From Rhynchopus sp. YZ270_cl-10 (lineage: Eukaryota): a DNA stretch of 64,000 nt. A model generated the notes under the pieces. The model saw only the letters and a program-made list of their open reading frames with translations. It made no database searches and was not told where the DNA came from. Each line of letters starts with the position of its first letter. Position 1 is the stretch's first letter. The stretch lies in contig OZ037835.1 in assembly GCA_964035575.1 (NCBI GenBank), positions 1,612,001-1,676,000 of the forward strand, given 5' to 3'. Position numbers and translations under genes: made by a program. Below, piece by piece: positions 45,491-57,080 of the stretch.

Positions 45491-47245
45491 TATAGTATAG
45501 TATAGTATAGTACTGTACTGTACTGTACTGTACTGCACTGTACTGTACTGTACTGTACTGTACTGTACTGTACTGTACTGTACTGTACTGTACTGTACTG
45601 TACTGTACTGTACTGTACTGTACTGTACTGTACTGTACTGTACTGTACTGTACTGTACTGTACTGTACTGTACTGTACTGTACTGTACTGTACTGTACTG
45701 TACTGTACTGTACTGTACTGTACTGTACTGTACTGTACTGTACTGTACTGTACTGTACTGTACTGTACTGTACTGTACTGTACTGTACTGTACTGTACTG
45801 TACTGTACTGTACTGTACTGTACTGTACTGTACTGTACTGTACTGTACTGTACTGTACTGTACTGTACTGTACTGTACTGTACTGTACTGTACTGTACTG
45901 TACTGTACTGTACTGTACTGTACTGTACTGTACTGTACTGTACTGTACTGTACTGTACTGTACTGTACTGTACTGTACTGTACTGTACTGTACTGTACTG
46001 TACTGTACTGTACTGTACTGTACTGTACTGTACTGTACTGTACTGTACTGTACTGTACTGTACTGTACTGTACTGTACTGTACTGTACTGTACTGTACTG
46101 TACTGTACTGTACTGCACTGTACTGTACTGTACTGTACTGTACTGTACTGTACTGTACTGTACTGTACTGTACTGTACTGTACTGTACTGTACTGTACTG
46201 TACTGTACTGTACTGTACTGTACTGTACTGTACTGTACTGTACTGTACTGTACTGTACTGTACTGTACTGTACTGTACTGTACTGTACTGTACTGTACTG
46301 TACTGTACTGTACTGTACTGTACTGTACTGTACTGTACTGTACTGTACTGTACTGTACTGTACTGTACTGTACTGTACTGTACTGTACTGTACTGTACTG
46401 TACTGTACTGTACTGTACTGTACTGTACTGTACTGTACTGCACTGTACTGTACTGTACTGTACTGTACTGTACTGTACTGTACTGTACTGTACTGTACTG
46501 TACTGTACTGTACTGTACTGTACTGTACTGTACTGTACTGTACTGTACTGTACTGTACTGTACTGTACTGTACTGTACTGTACTGTACTGTACTGTACTG
46601 TACTGTACTGTACTGTACTGTACTGTACTGTACTGTACTGTACTGTACTGCACTGTACTGTACTGTACTGTACTGTACTGTACTGTACTGTACTGTACTG
46701 TACTGTACTGTACTGTACTGTACTGTACTGTACTGTACTGTACTGTACTGTACTGTACTGTACTGTACTGTACTGTACTGTACTGTACTGTACTGTACTG
46801 TACTGTACTGTACTGTACTGTACTGTACTGTACTGTACTGTACTGTACTGTACTGTACTGTACTGTACTGTACTGTACTGCACTGTACTGTACTGTACTG
46901 TACTGTACTGTACTGTACTGTACTGTACTGTACTGTACTGTACTGTACTGTACTGTACTGTACTGTACTGTACTGTACTGTACTGTACTGTACTGTACTG
47001 TACTGTACTGTACTGTACTGTACTGTACTGTACTGTACTGTACTGTACTGTACTGTACTGTACTGTACTGTACTGTACTGTACTGTACTGTACTGTACTG
47101 TACTGTACTGTACTGTACTGTACTGTACTGTACTGTACTGTACTGTACTGTACTGTACTGTACTGTACTGTACTGTACTGTACTGTACTGTACTGTACTG
47201 TACTGTACTGTACTGTACTGTACTGTACTGTACTGTACTGTACTG
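45491..47245. repeat. (TATAG)4 followed by a (TACTG)347 pentanucleotide satellite
   Basis: TACTG runs 45511-47245 (1735 bp) with CACTG variants at 45536, 46116, 46441, 46651 and 46881. Confidence 0.98.
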
Positions 47246-47614
47246 TTTCTTTCGTACGCCGTGAATATCGCATAAAAACTTTTACAGAAAAAAATGAAAG
47301 AACAAGAACTGAGAGTACTTGTGGGACAAATACAAAACAGTACAGACACCACTTCCCCCAATCCGGAGGCATCAGCTCAAAACCCAACAAACAAAAAATA
47401 TACAAAAGACGAGCTATGACTATGCCAAGGGATATGCCCAGAATGTCATGCGAAGAAGAAACTGGTGAACGGAAAAAATATTACACAACATAATATTGCC
47501 GATCACATGTTTCAGGCGCATGGCATTCATGTGTTTGATATACCCTAAACCTACTATATATGGACCGTAAAAATGGTCGAACTCATATTTTTCGACAAAT
47601 GGTCCAACTTTTTT

Positions 47615-47785
47615 ATGAACAAGATAAAACAATAAGCTCGCGTTTCTTTTATCGAACAGATTTTATTCTCCGCCCCGTACCCAAAACGTAAACACCACTT
47701 TGAATCAGAAAAAATATTTTCCTCTCCTTTTTTCTTCCACACGCGCTGGTTTTTGTATTTCGCTAATTTTTATCAAAAAGCTTTC
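47615..47785 (+). repeat. 171-bp direct repeat, copy A
   Basis: atgaacaagataaaac...atcaaaaagctttc; same sequence at 51193-51363 and a diverged copy at ~54640-54794. Confidence 0.92.
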
Positions 47786-47789
47786 TTTA

Positions 47790-50570
47790 TATGATACAAC
47801 TGCGGACGTATGGCGTACGATGGCGTCTGCAGCAGCGCTGTGCGAAGACGGCTTTGACATGAGCTATGAGGGAAGGTGATGCCCGAAGGTGCGGACTCAC
47901 GCGGTTGAGTACTGGTGACACAACCGTCCTGGCCTAGACGCTGAACCTGCAGGAGCGATCCCGTGCACAGGCTGCGATCTGTGTGTCCACCACGACGCTT
48001 CGGGTTGGCGACAAACGACGCTGGGAGGCCATCTGCGGAAGAAGCAGAACGACGTGCCTCCACAATCTTGTGTCACTCACACGCACGTTGGACGGCAGGT
48101 ACCAGCAGAGCGTTTGAGCAGGACACCGTAGCACCCGCCGACAGCAACGACCGCGCAAGAGTGGGCAGTGGTTGCCAGTGGTGTAGCGGGAGTTTTCGTA
48201 CACTCCGGTGACGGGAACGAAGGACGTATGCTGCAGGTGCTCGGCGCCAGCTTCCAGACGTGGAGGTTGTGTCGGACGGAACCTACACGACACTAGTGCC
48301 CGTTGCTTGCGTAGTTTTCCCTGCAATGTGACGACGACGAGCCCACTGAGCCTGTATGACGTTTACGGATGTACCTGGGATCCGGATCGGCTTCCCTGCT
48401 GAGGAGGCGTTGTTTTTTATGGGACGCTGTTCACGCTCCGTTGCGATGACGCGGAACATGGAGCTGCAGGATTGCGGTGTGTGGGCGATTGAGCGCACGT
48501 GGAAGAACCAGAGGTACTACATCCTAGTCTGCATGGCTGTGGAGGTGACGTTGATGTGTAGCGCCGCCCTGAAGGAATAGAGGGTGATCCGTATCACCAG
48601 TATTGTCCCCATCCGCAAGGCTGCCCCACCTTCAAGATCGCGCAGAAGACCGATTGGCTCGCCTTCTGATCGATGCGAGGGAATACGACATAGGGGTACC
48701 ATGCTCAGATGCCACCCCCTATACGACAAGAGTCTAAACCGGTTCTCCCTCACACCACAACTGCACGACATCGAGCGCTCACCCACAACCTTCTCTGTTG
48801 CGTAGATTCTCTAGGGGATGTCGGGGCCGCGATGCCTTAGTATGCCTGTGCGAAGTGATCCATCAGTCTCCGCACAGGAAAAGGCAGTGAAGATCCTTTG
48901 TGGTACGTGACTCCGCCGTGGAGTTGTCGTGGGAAGCCACCAGGCCGTAATCTCGCGGGGCAACAGAGTCAGCTGCAGCCATGGCGATGAGGGCAGTGAA
49001 CAGCTCCTCAATGCGAATTGACGGGTACGCGCGTCGGCAGGAGAGTTTCCTACGAATCTGAAGAACTTTTCGACGAATACCCACCGCGAGAACATTGCCT
49101 TTGTTGGGACAGTGAACCCGTCGAAGAAGGACTCCTCGCTTGAGGGGGTTGCGGACATGGCGGCTGGGGAGAAGACAAACTCGGGTGCTGCAGCGGCCCT
49201 CGGGTTTGACGTGACGCCGATGCCGCCGTCGCCGATCACCACGTGGTGCCGTGGAAGCATCTGGCGGAGGGGCAGCGCGACATGTTCGTGATGCGTCTGA
49301 TCTAGCAGTCGCGCAACCTTCCGCCCGAACCAGATTGTGGCGCTGTCGAAGCTGCTGCTGGATGCGCACAAGTTTGCGCAGATCAAGATGCAGGAGAAGC
49401 GTTCGACGGTGTCGCAGCGTCCAGTTCACACGCGTTTTCACCTTTCATTGTCGTAGGGCCCAACAAGACAAAGGAGGCACCGTCGCTGGCGCTCGACCAG
49501 ATATGGCAGACAGGCGCCTCCATCAACACACATCGAGGCCCTCACCTCCGCACGACGAAAGTCCTTTAGTAGGAGTAGCGTCGAATAGGGTCATAGTCCT
49601 GTCCCAGTCTACGGCTGTAGCGCAGTGGCAGCTAATCTGATGAGAGAGGCAGCAATCAGAGCGAATCCGGCGATCGGCATGCGCATGACCAAGTGTGTCC
49701 ATCCGTAACACCCGATGTGGTGGTGCCACCGCTCTGCATGACGTGAGGACCCGGGGGAACGGCGACACGAGCAGCTTACGCCTCCAGTTCTCGTCTGGCA
49801 CACGGTCTTCGCCGTCATGTCCAGCTGAATGCCAATGAACACAAGCAGCTGATCACTGCGTGCACGTGTACTTGTGTTTTTTAATCCTCTTGTTTCTTCA
49901 TCCAAAGGTCACATCATGAGCAGTGCGGCTCGGAAGGTGGCCAAGCTGCGAGGGGACCCAGCCGAGCTGCTGTACACCCTCCCCTAGTACATGTTCCCCG
50001 TCGTCCGCTACTGGAAGCAACGCGGAGTGGCGTTCAGTATGTCAGACGTTCACAGCCTGGGACGGGAAACCTCTCTGTACTTCCCGGAGGTTCGCGACCA
50101 CTCCTGGAAGCGAGGGGCCCTGCAGCACTTGGCGTTGATGGGTGCGGCGTGGGGGACATGCTGGTTGTGTAACGCCACAAGGAGGTCGACACCCTCCGTA
50201 CCTCTGGATAGTAATCGGGAGTCAGGAGCTACGCGTGGTCCCTGGAGTCGCACCCCTTGGTTGAGGTGGGATTCACGATATCACGGCGGATGTGGCAACA
50301 CGTTGTGCGCTTACTGCCCAGGAGACTGACGCGACGTGGCAGGGTTGCGACCTTCGGATCTTGCTTTGTGGAGAACTTCCCGGATGGACACCTCATGCAC
50401 CTCGGCTTGAGCACCACTGTGAGTGCCGTCCTCCGCAAACACAAGCGAGAGCTGGGTGTCAGGTCTCCTCCTCCCACCTACAGGGGTGGACCCGCTGGTG
50501 GTTAGGTTGTTGTCAGGCATCAGGTCTTCGGAGAAGGTCTTGGTCGGGACGAAGGATGCGTCCAATAGTA
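47790..50570. mobile_element. Decayed, rearranged tyrosine-recombinase (DIRS-order, TATE/VIPER-like) retrotransposon fragments on both strands
   Basis: Plus strand: YR-like HSWKRGALQHL (50099) with RHKEVDTLR (50173, shifted frame); RT-like GCDLR and LPGW..AP (~50340-50400); a weaker YR-like GIRIG..WKN..PIRKAA..RH set (48370-48720). Minus strand: RT-like FIGIQLDMTAKTV (~49800-49840), DATPT (~49570) and RNase H-like EELFTAL..HDNSTA (~48915-49010). Many stops and frameshifts. Confidence 0.7.
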
Positions 50571-51027
50571 GAAGAGTTCAAGAATGTAGGTTATATTATT
50601 TGTGCCTCTATGTACGGCACTCTGGGTTTGTACGGCACTCTGGGTTTGGTGTGAACGCCCAGGTGTCAGCTCAGGTTATCGTTTCTTGTTATTTCTGTGT
50701 AAAAGAAAACCGACGCTGGAGTCTTTTATTGTAAACTGGTCGCGATAGTTTTCGCGAACTTTCCTGCAGTCAACGCAGGGAAAGAACAATCAACGATGTG
50801 ATACAGGATATGGGTGGTTCAGTGATTCCGCAGAACCTACACCATTGATGTGTCTCAACCAAAACCAAATCAATTAAAAAAGAGAGAGTTTTTGACGTAA
50901 GGAAAGAAAACTGTTTTTTCTCTTTAATGTTATCGGCGGCTCGTCCACCCCTTCCCTACTGCGGCAACGCTGTGGTCCCTTGTGCGGCAGGGATGGGTTG
51001 AAAAGGGGAGGGGGGGAGTTGTTTCTA

Positions 51028-51192
51028 TTCCCTTGTTTCGAGTGCGAAACGTTTCTCCATGTATTGCACGGGAAACAATATGACAAACAGGTGCAGGGTG
51101 GTTCCGTGCTTATCATAGAACCTGGCACCTTGTGTGTCTCCCAAAAACCAAAAAAGCGTTGTGTGTGTAGTTTTGAAGGAAGGAAAAATAAA
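51028..51192 (+). repeat. 165-bp dispersed repeat, copy A
   Basis: ttcccttgtttcgagtgcg...ggaaaaataaaa, repeated at 54191-54355. Confidence 0.9.
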
Positions 51193-51363
51193 ATGAACAA
51201 GATAAAACAATAAGCTCGCGTTTCTTTTATCGAACAGATTTTATTCTCCGCCCCGTACCCAAAACGTAAACACCACTTTGAATCAGAAAAAATATTTTCC
51301 TCTCCTTTTTTCTTCCACACGCGCTGGTTTTTGTATTTCGCTAATTTTTATCAAAAAGCTTTC
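51193..51363 (+). repeat. 171-bp direct repeat, copy B
   Basis: Matches 47615-47785. Confidence 0.92.
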
Positions 51364-51439
51364 CCTCCCCCCGCTCCCTGTTTTCTTCTTCTAAAAATAG
51401 TGCCTCATTGGCTAACCTGCTTGATCAGCTTGCTCTGTT

Positions 51440-52460
51440 ACATGAATACGGATGAGCTAATACTGGGTAACCCTGCTTGAGCAGAGTTCTTGATGATCCC
51501 GGGTAACTCCAGGGTTAGAGTTCTTGTGGCTTCTCGCATGGGTTGGTTCTGCTTGCGTAGAGATCTTGTTGATCCCCGGTGATAAAGAGACTGAGTGCCG
51601 TATGGGCTCGTCTTTCCAGGGTTAGAGGTCTCGATGCCACTGTAGGCTTGTTGATCCCGGGTGATAAGAGATGAGCGCCAGTTGGGCTTGTCTCTCCAGG
51701 GGTAGAGCTCTGTGGTCTCATGCATTACTGTTGTATCTATGCTCGGATGTTTTTCGTGTCTGCTTGCACTGTTTTTTCTGTCCTGTTACAAGAACACTGA
51801 TGAGTTTATATGGCCCTGCCTGAGCAGAGTTCTTGATGATCCCGGGTGATAAGACTGAGGGCCGGATGGGCTCGTCTTTCAAGGGTTAGAGTTCTTGCTC
51901 GGGGGATTTTTCGCTCTCTCTGTGGTGTTTGTGTTCTGTTATGTTACTTGTACACTGTTTTGTTTCTTCCTGTGGCACAAAAGCGGATGAGCTAATGCTG
52001 AGTAACCCTGCTTGAGCAGAGTTCTTGATGATCCCGGGTGACTCCAGGGTTAGAGTTCTTGTGGCTTCTCGCATGGGTTGGTTCTGCTTGCGTAGAGATC
52101 TTGTTGATCCCGGGTGATAAAGAGACTGAGTGCCGTATGGGCTCGTCTTTCCAGGGTTAGAGGTTTCGATGACACTTGTAGGCTTGTTGATCCCGGGTGA
52201 TAGGAGATGTGCGCCAGTTGGGCTTGTCTCTCCAGGGGTAGAGCTCTGTGGTCTCATGAATTACCGTTGTATTTATGCTCGGATGTTTTTTGTGTCTGTT
52301 TGCTCTGTCTTCCTTTCCTGTTACATGAATGCGGATGAGTGTACACTTGGTGGTCCTGCTGGAGAAAAGTCCTTGGTTGAGCCCTAGTGTGAGACTGAGT
52401 GCCGAGGGGGCTAGTCTCTCATGGGTGATGAGTTCTTGGGATCTCTTGTGTGGATCGAGT
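51440..52460 (+). repeat. Complex G/T-rich satellite, ~535-bp period, rich in GAGTTCTTG, GATCCCGGGTGA and AGGGTTAGAG motifs
   Basis: cggatgagctaat.ctg.gtaaccctgcttgagcagagttcttg recurs at ~51449 and ~51984 with colinear downstream sequence. Confidence 0.85.
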
Positions 52461-52544
52461 ATTTGATGTTCGGATATGTGTCATGTTTTACGTTTTCTCT
52501 ATGTGCTGTTTGCACTTTGTTTGTTTCTTTTGCGCCGCGAACAC

Positions 52545-53620
52545 TGATGAGTTTTATACTTGGTAACCCTGCGTGAGTACAGTTCTTGGATGAGCCTGGT
52601 GAGAGATTAAGTTCTTGGTTGAGCCAGGTGACGAGTTCTTGTGACGTCTCGTATGGGGGTCCTGCTTGAGTGAAGTTCTTGGTTGAGCTAGGGTAGAGAT
52701 TAAGTTTCTTGTTGGAGCCTAGTGATGAGTTCTTGTGATCTCTCGTATGGATTGGTCTTGCTTGGGTAGAGTTCTTGGTTGAGCTAGGTTAGAGATTAAG
52801 TTCTTGTTGGAGCCTAGTGATGAGTTCTCGGGATCTCTTGCTTGACTTGAGTATTTTGCTCGATGGTTTCTCGTGGCTTTTTCTGTGCCATTTGCACTCT
52901 GTTTTGTTTCTTCTGCATCACATACATTGATGAGTTTTATACTTGGTAACCCTGCGTGAGTACAGTTCTTGGATGAGCCTGGTGAGAGATTTAGTTCTTG
53001 GTTGAGCCAGGTGACGAGTTCTTGTGACGTCTCGTATGGGGGTCCTGCTTGAGTGAAGTTCTTGGTTGAGCTAGGTTAGAGATTAAGTTTCTTGTTGGAG
53101 CCTAGTGATGAGTTCTTGTGATCTCTCGTATGGATTGGTCTTGCTTGGGTAGAGTTCTTGGTTGAGCTAGGTTAGAGATTAAGTTCTTGTTGGAGCCTAG
53201 TGATGAGTTCTCGGGATCTCTTGCTTGACTTGAGTATTTTGCTCGATGGTTTTTCGTTTTTCTGTGCCTTTTGCACTCTGTTTTGTTTCTTCTGCATCAC
53301 ATACATTGATGAGTTTTATACTTGGTAACCCTGCGTGAGTACAGTTCTTGGATGAGCCTGGTGAGAGATTAAGTTCTTGGTTGAGCCAGGTGACGAGTTC
53401 TTGTGACGTCTCGTATGGGGGTCCTGCTTGAGTGAAGTTCTTGGTTGAGCTAGGGTAGAGATTAAGTTTCTTGTTGGAGCCTAGTGATGAGTTCTTGTGA
53501 TCTCTCGTATGGATTGGTTTTGCTTGGGTAGAGTTCTTGGTTGAGCTAGGTTAGAGATTAAGTTCTTGTTGGAGCCTAGTGATGAGTTCTCGGGATCTCT
53601 TGCTTGACTTGAGTATTAGC
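52545..53620 (+). repeat. ~380-bp tandem repeat, three copies, with ~22-nt subrepeats (AGTTCTTGGTTGAGC...)
   Basis: tgatgagttttatacttggtaaccctgcgtgagtacag starts at 52545, 52928 and 53307. Confidence 0.92.
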
Positions 53621-54190
53621 TTCTCGGATGTTTTTTGATGCTCTCTCCCGGTGCTGTTTGCACTCTGGTTTGCCATTCTTTTTCGCTGCATGAAAGTCAT
53701 ATGAGTCTGTACCTGTATTTAAGTTAAGATCCTGGTTGATCTCGTGGATTGGACAGAGCACTTGTGGGCTCGCCTGTCCGGGGAAGAGAGCTGGTGGTCT
53801 CTCGTAGGACAGAGTGCGGGATACTCGGGTATCCTTCGTGTTTCTTTCTCGGTGCCGTGTGCACCCTTCGCTCCCTTGGCTCCATGAATGTTAGTGTTGT
53901 TTTTTCTCTTACATAGTGCTCATGTAGTCCTTTAGTGGATTGAGTGCTGGATGCTTGCTAACATCTCTTGTGGCTTTCTTACGATTTTTTCTGCTACGCT
54001 CGTCGTAGCGCTTTCTTGTGACGCTTCTCGGTTCCCTCTCTGGAACATGTATACATGTTTCTATTTGCTCTGTCAGTACACAGCCTAGCGGCGTGTCTGC
54101 TCTTACGTATCTCTTGTTCTTTGTCATAAAGCAGAAAAATATGCAAATGCAGCAAACTTTAAAAAACCCCTGCACCTGTGTTGTCATGGT

Positions 54191-54355
54191 TTCCCTTGTT
54201 TCGAGTGCGAAACGTTTCTCCATGTATTGCACGGGAAACAATATGACAAACAGGTGCAGGGTGGTTCCGTGCTTATCATAGAACCTGGCACCTTGTGTGT
54301 CTCCCAAAAACCAAAAAAGCGTTGTGTGTGTAGTTTTGAAGGAAGGAAAAATAAA
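54191..54355 (+). repeat. 165-bp dispersed repeat, copy B
   Basis: Matches 51028-51192. Confidence 0.9.
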
Positions 54356-55233
54356 ACATATTATATAGTACGTTTACGGTAATGAAAAAGTAGGTAACTA
54401 TATGTTACACTACTGCTTGGGCGTCGAGCTACGGTGTGATCTGGGGTGAGGAAGCGTTCCAACTTTTCAACCTCTTCCCCAATTTACCTTTCGCGCTTTT
54501 TTTACCCACCCCCAGTTATAGAATCAACAGAGAGTGTACGTTAAGACTTTTGTGAGGAAAAAACCAAAACGGAAATGAAGCTTGCAACATGATAGTGGAG
54601 GTTTTTTCGTCATGTTTAATTTGAACATTATAAAGCAAAAAAGCTTGCGTTTCTTTTATCAAACAGATTATATTCTCCGCCCCGTACCAAACGTAAACAC
54701 CACTTTCAATCTGAATATAGCATTCTCTTCTCCTCTTTTTCCCCCACACGTGCTTGTTTTTTGTATTTCGCTAATTTTTTATCAAAAAGCTTTCCCTCCC
54801 TCCGCTCCCTGCTTTCTTCTTCAAAGATTGTGCCTCAGTGGCTAACCTGCTTGATCGCGCAAAAGCGTGTGAAGTTTTGAAGGAAGGAAAATATAACCCA
54901 TATCACTTGTGAGACAGTTTCCATCGATAGACATGAAAAGGGTCAGTCCTCAGGTGCTTCTGTGCTGTTTTTCTCACGGAACCTACATGTGTGGCGTGTC
55001 TCCCAAAGAACAAAAAGAGTAAATGAATAAAATAATAAAACCTACATCCTCGAAACTTTTCTACACAAATGATTTCAAAAAATGTTGGAAGCAAAAAAGG
55101 GAGAACAAAACAAAGAGATTTTGACAAAGGGACTACAAAACAAATAAACCCCATCCTTCTATCCTTTGCTCACTCCAATGCCATCCTCCGTATCCAACTG
55201 CACAACACCACAAAAACAGAGTCTCTCACAACA

Positions 55234-56340
55234 ATGGAACTGTCTGTGCAGTGCATCGGAAGCGAGGACTTTGTGATCGAGGTGGGTGTGGATGACACAA
55301 CGGAGACGATGCGGCAGAAGGTGGCGTCTGCAGTGGGGTTGGCTGAGGACAGCTTCCTCATGGGCTTCGGAGGGAAGGAGGAAGGAGACGACATCACGCA
55401 GCTGAGTGCTGGAGACACAATCATCCTGACGAAAACTATGAAGTTCGTGGCCAGAGCAGCACTTCATGCGTTGGGTGAGAGGGACATCACTGCAGAGAGG
55501 CTGGTGACTGTGGAGGATCCTGAGGTTGCGTGTTTGCTTCTGCAGGCGGAGGTTGCGACTGTCATTCCGAATCAGTTCTTGGCAAAGATATCGTTAACAG
55601 CACTTGATCTGAGTGCTGTGTCGTGTGTGACGGAAATGGGTGATCTAATTCTTCACCACTGCACAACGTTGACAAGCGTCGACCTGTCTGGGTTGACACG
55701 TCTCACGCGGATTGGTACCCACTTTCTTGCCAACTGCAGCAGCCTTACAACAGTGGACTTATCACCAGTCAGCAATGTTGTACACGTTGGTGCAAGCTTT
55801 CTTCAGAACTGCACCAGCCTCACAACAGTAAACTTGTCACCACTTCGCAATGTTACTCACATTAGTACAAACTTTCTTTACAACTGCAGCAGCCTCACAG
55901 CAGTGGATTTATCACCACTTTGCAATGTTACGCAAATTGATAGCCACTTTCTTGCATTCTGCACCAGCCTCACAGCAGTAAACTTGTCACCACTCAGCAA
56001 TGTTAGTGACATTGGTGCAGCCTTTATTGAGAACTGCAGCAGCCTCACGTCAGTAGATTTATCATCACTTCGCAATGTTGCACACATAAGTACAAGCTTT
56101 CTTCAGAACTGCAGGAGTCTCACAGAACTAGACCTGTCACCACTCAGCAGAGTTACGTACTTTGGCGTGCTTCCTGCTAACAACTGCACTTCGTTGAGGA
56201 GCATCCACCTTGCCGGCTGCAGCAGTGCTGTGTCCAGTCGAGTACGCGAAGGCGAGCTGAAGAAGTATGTGGTTGACGCACCTCCGACACGTGGCAGAGG
56301 CAAGACGAAAGCAGCCTTGCCTTGCTGCAGTGTTTCGTAA
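55234..56340 (+). CDS. Ubiquitin-like domain + 25-aa LRR (BspA/TpLRR-like) protein with C-terminal CaaX, 368 aa, 8 LRR modules
   Basis: Start chosen by alignment with paralogs (MELSVQC...VIEVGVDDTTETMRQKVASAVG, ubiquitin-like pattern). Repeats DLSPLxNVxxIxxxFLxNCxSLTxV; ends RGRGKTKAALPCCSVS. Confidence 0.88.
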   Translation: MELSVQCIGSEDFVIEVGVDDTTETMRQKVASAVGLAEDSFLMGFGGKEEGDDITQLSAGDTIILTKTMKFVARAALHALGERDITAERLVTVEDPEVACLLLQAEVATVIPNQFLAKISLTALDLSAVSCVTEMGDLILHHCTTLTSVDLSGLTRLTRIGTHFLANCSSLTTVDLSPVSNVVHVGASFLQNCTSLTTVNLSPLRNVTHISTNFLYNCSSLTAVDLSPLCNVTQIDSHFLAFCTSLTAVNLSPLSNVSDIGAAFIENCSSLTSVDLSSLRNVAHISTSFLQNCRSLTELDLSPLSRVTYFGVLPANNCTSLRSIHLAGCSSAVSSRVREGELKKYVVDAPPTRGRGKTKAALPCCSVS

Positions 56341-56502
56341 AGAGCGACAGGAGAAGCTAGGCAAGGAACGTAGAGCGGATCCGCTGTGACAGCTGCTTGT
56401 CCCATTCTGCGACGTCGGTGTGAGTCTTAGAAGACAGTGTCTGAATGAGAGTCAGTGAGGCACTCAGAGAACACAGTTGCTTTCTCGTTGTGTAACTGTG
56501 CC

Positions 56503-57080
56503 ATGCCAGCGAACCAAACCCCCACCACGGCACCTCGCACCCCTACACCCTGCACCCGTCGACCCTCCCCGACAAACGCGCCTGGGTACAAGCCCTCCGT
56601 ACCGCCATCCGCACCACCAAAGAGAAGCGGAGCTGCAAGGATGCGACCTTTGCCCTCCCTGCTGACACCTTTCTCGTCCGTTGCTGTACCTGGAACGTCG
56701 CGGAAAGCGTGCCCTCGAATTTCTCTGCTTCTCAGCTTGGCGACTGGCTGACCGGATGCAACCTAACCCCAGACACGCCATCATGAGTGGAAGTGGATCT
56801 GAACAAGGCTCGAGTCATTTGTGTGTGTCTGCAGGAGGTGGATATGAGCGTCTCGGGTGTTGCCACGGATGCCATAGAGAACTTGAACCTAAAACGTGAG
56901 CGGGACAATGACAAGGCAGAGCAGTGGCGGGCTGCGTTTCTCTGTGCAGTCACTCACTTGGGATATGTCGAATCTGGCTACGGGCATGAAGCCTCCGTTT
57001 TCCTGCAGGTCTTTACACAAAAGGACGTTACCATTAAGGACGCAGAGGTGTTCATGTGGCGCGGACGTGTTCTGAGAGAA
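56503..57080 (+). pseudogene. Fragment of a PH-domain + inositol polyphosphate 5-phosphatase gene
   Basis: One frame reads YTLHPSTLPDKRAWVQALRTAI (PH-like terminal helix), CTWNVAE (56685-56705), an in-frame TGA at 56784, then ICVCLQEVDMS...KAEQW. TWNV and LQEVD are 5-phosphatase N-terminal motifs; the C-terminal catalytic motifs are absent. Confidence 0.72.

Noticed and set aside
45358..47405. 667-aa and 656-aa minus-strand (STVQY)n ORFs
   Set aside because: They are translations of the stop-free pentamer satellite, which gives the same peptide in several frames.
50611..50648. 18-bp tandem duplication TGTACGGCACTCTGGGTT
   Set aside because: Real, but only two copies with no functional context.
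52545..53620. CRISPR-like repeat/spacer pattern
   Set aside because: The intervening sequences are themselves repeated, the subrepeats are degenerate, there are no cas genes, and the context is eukaryotic.
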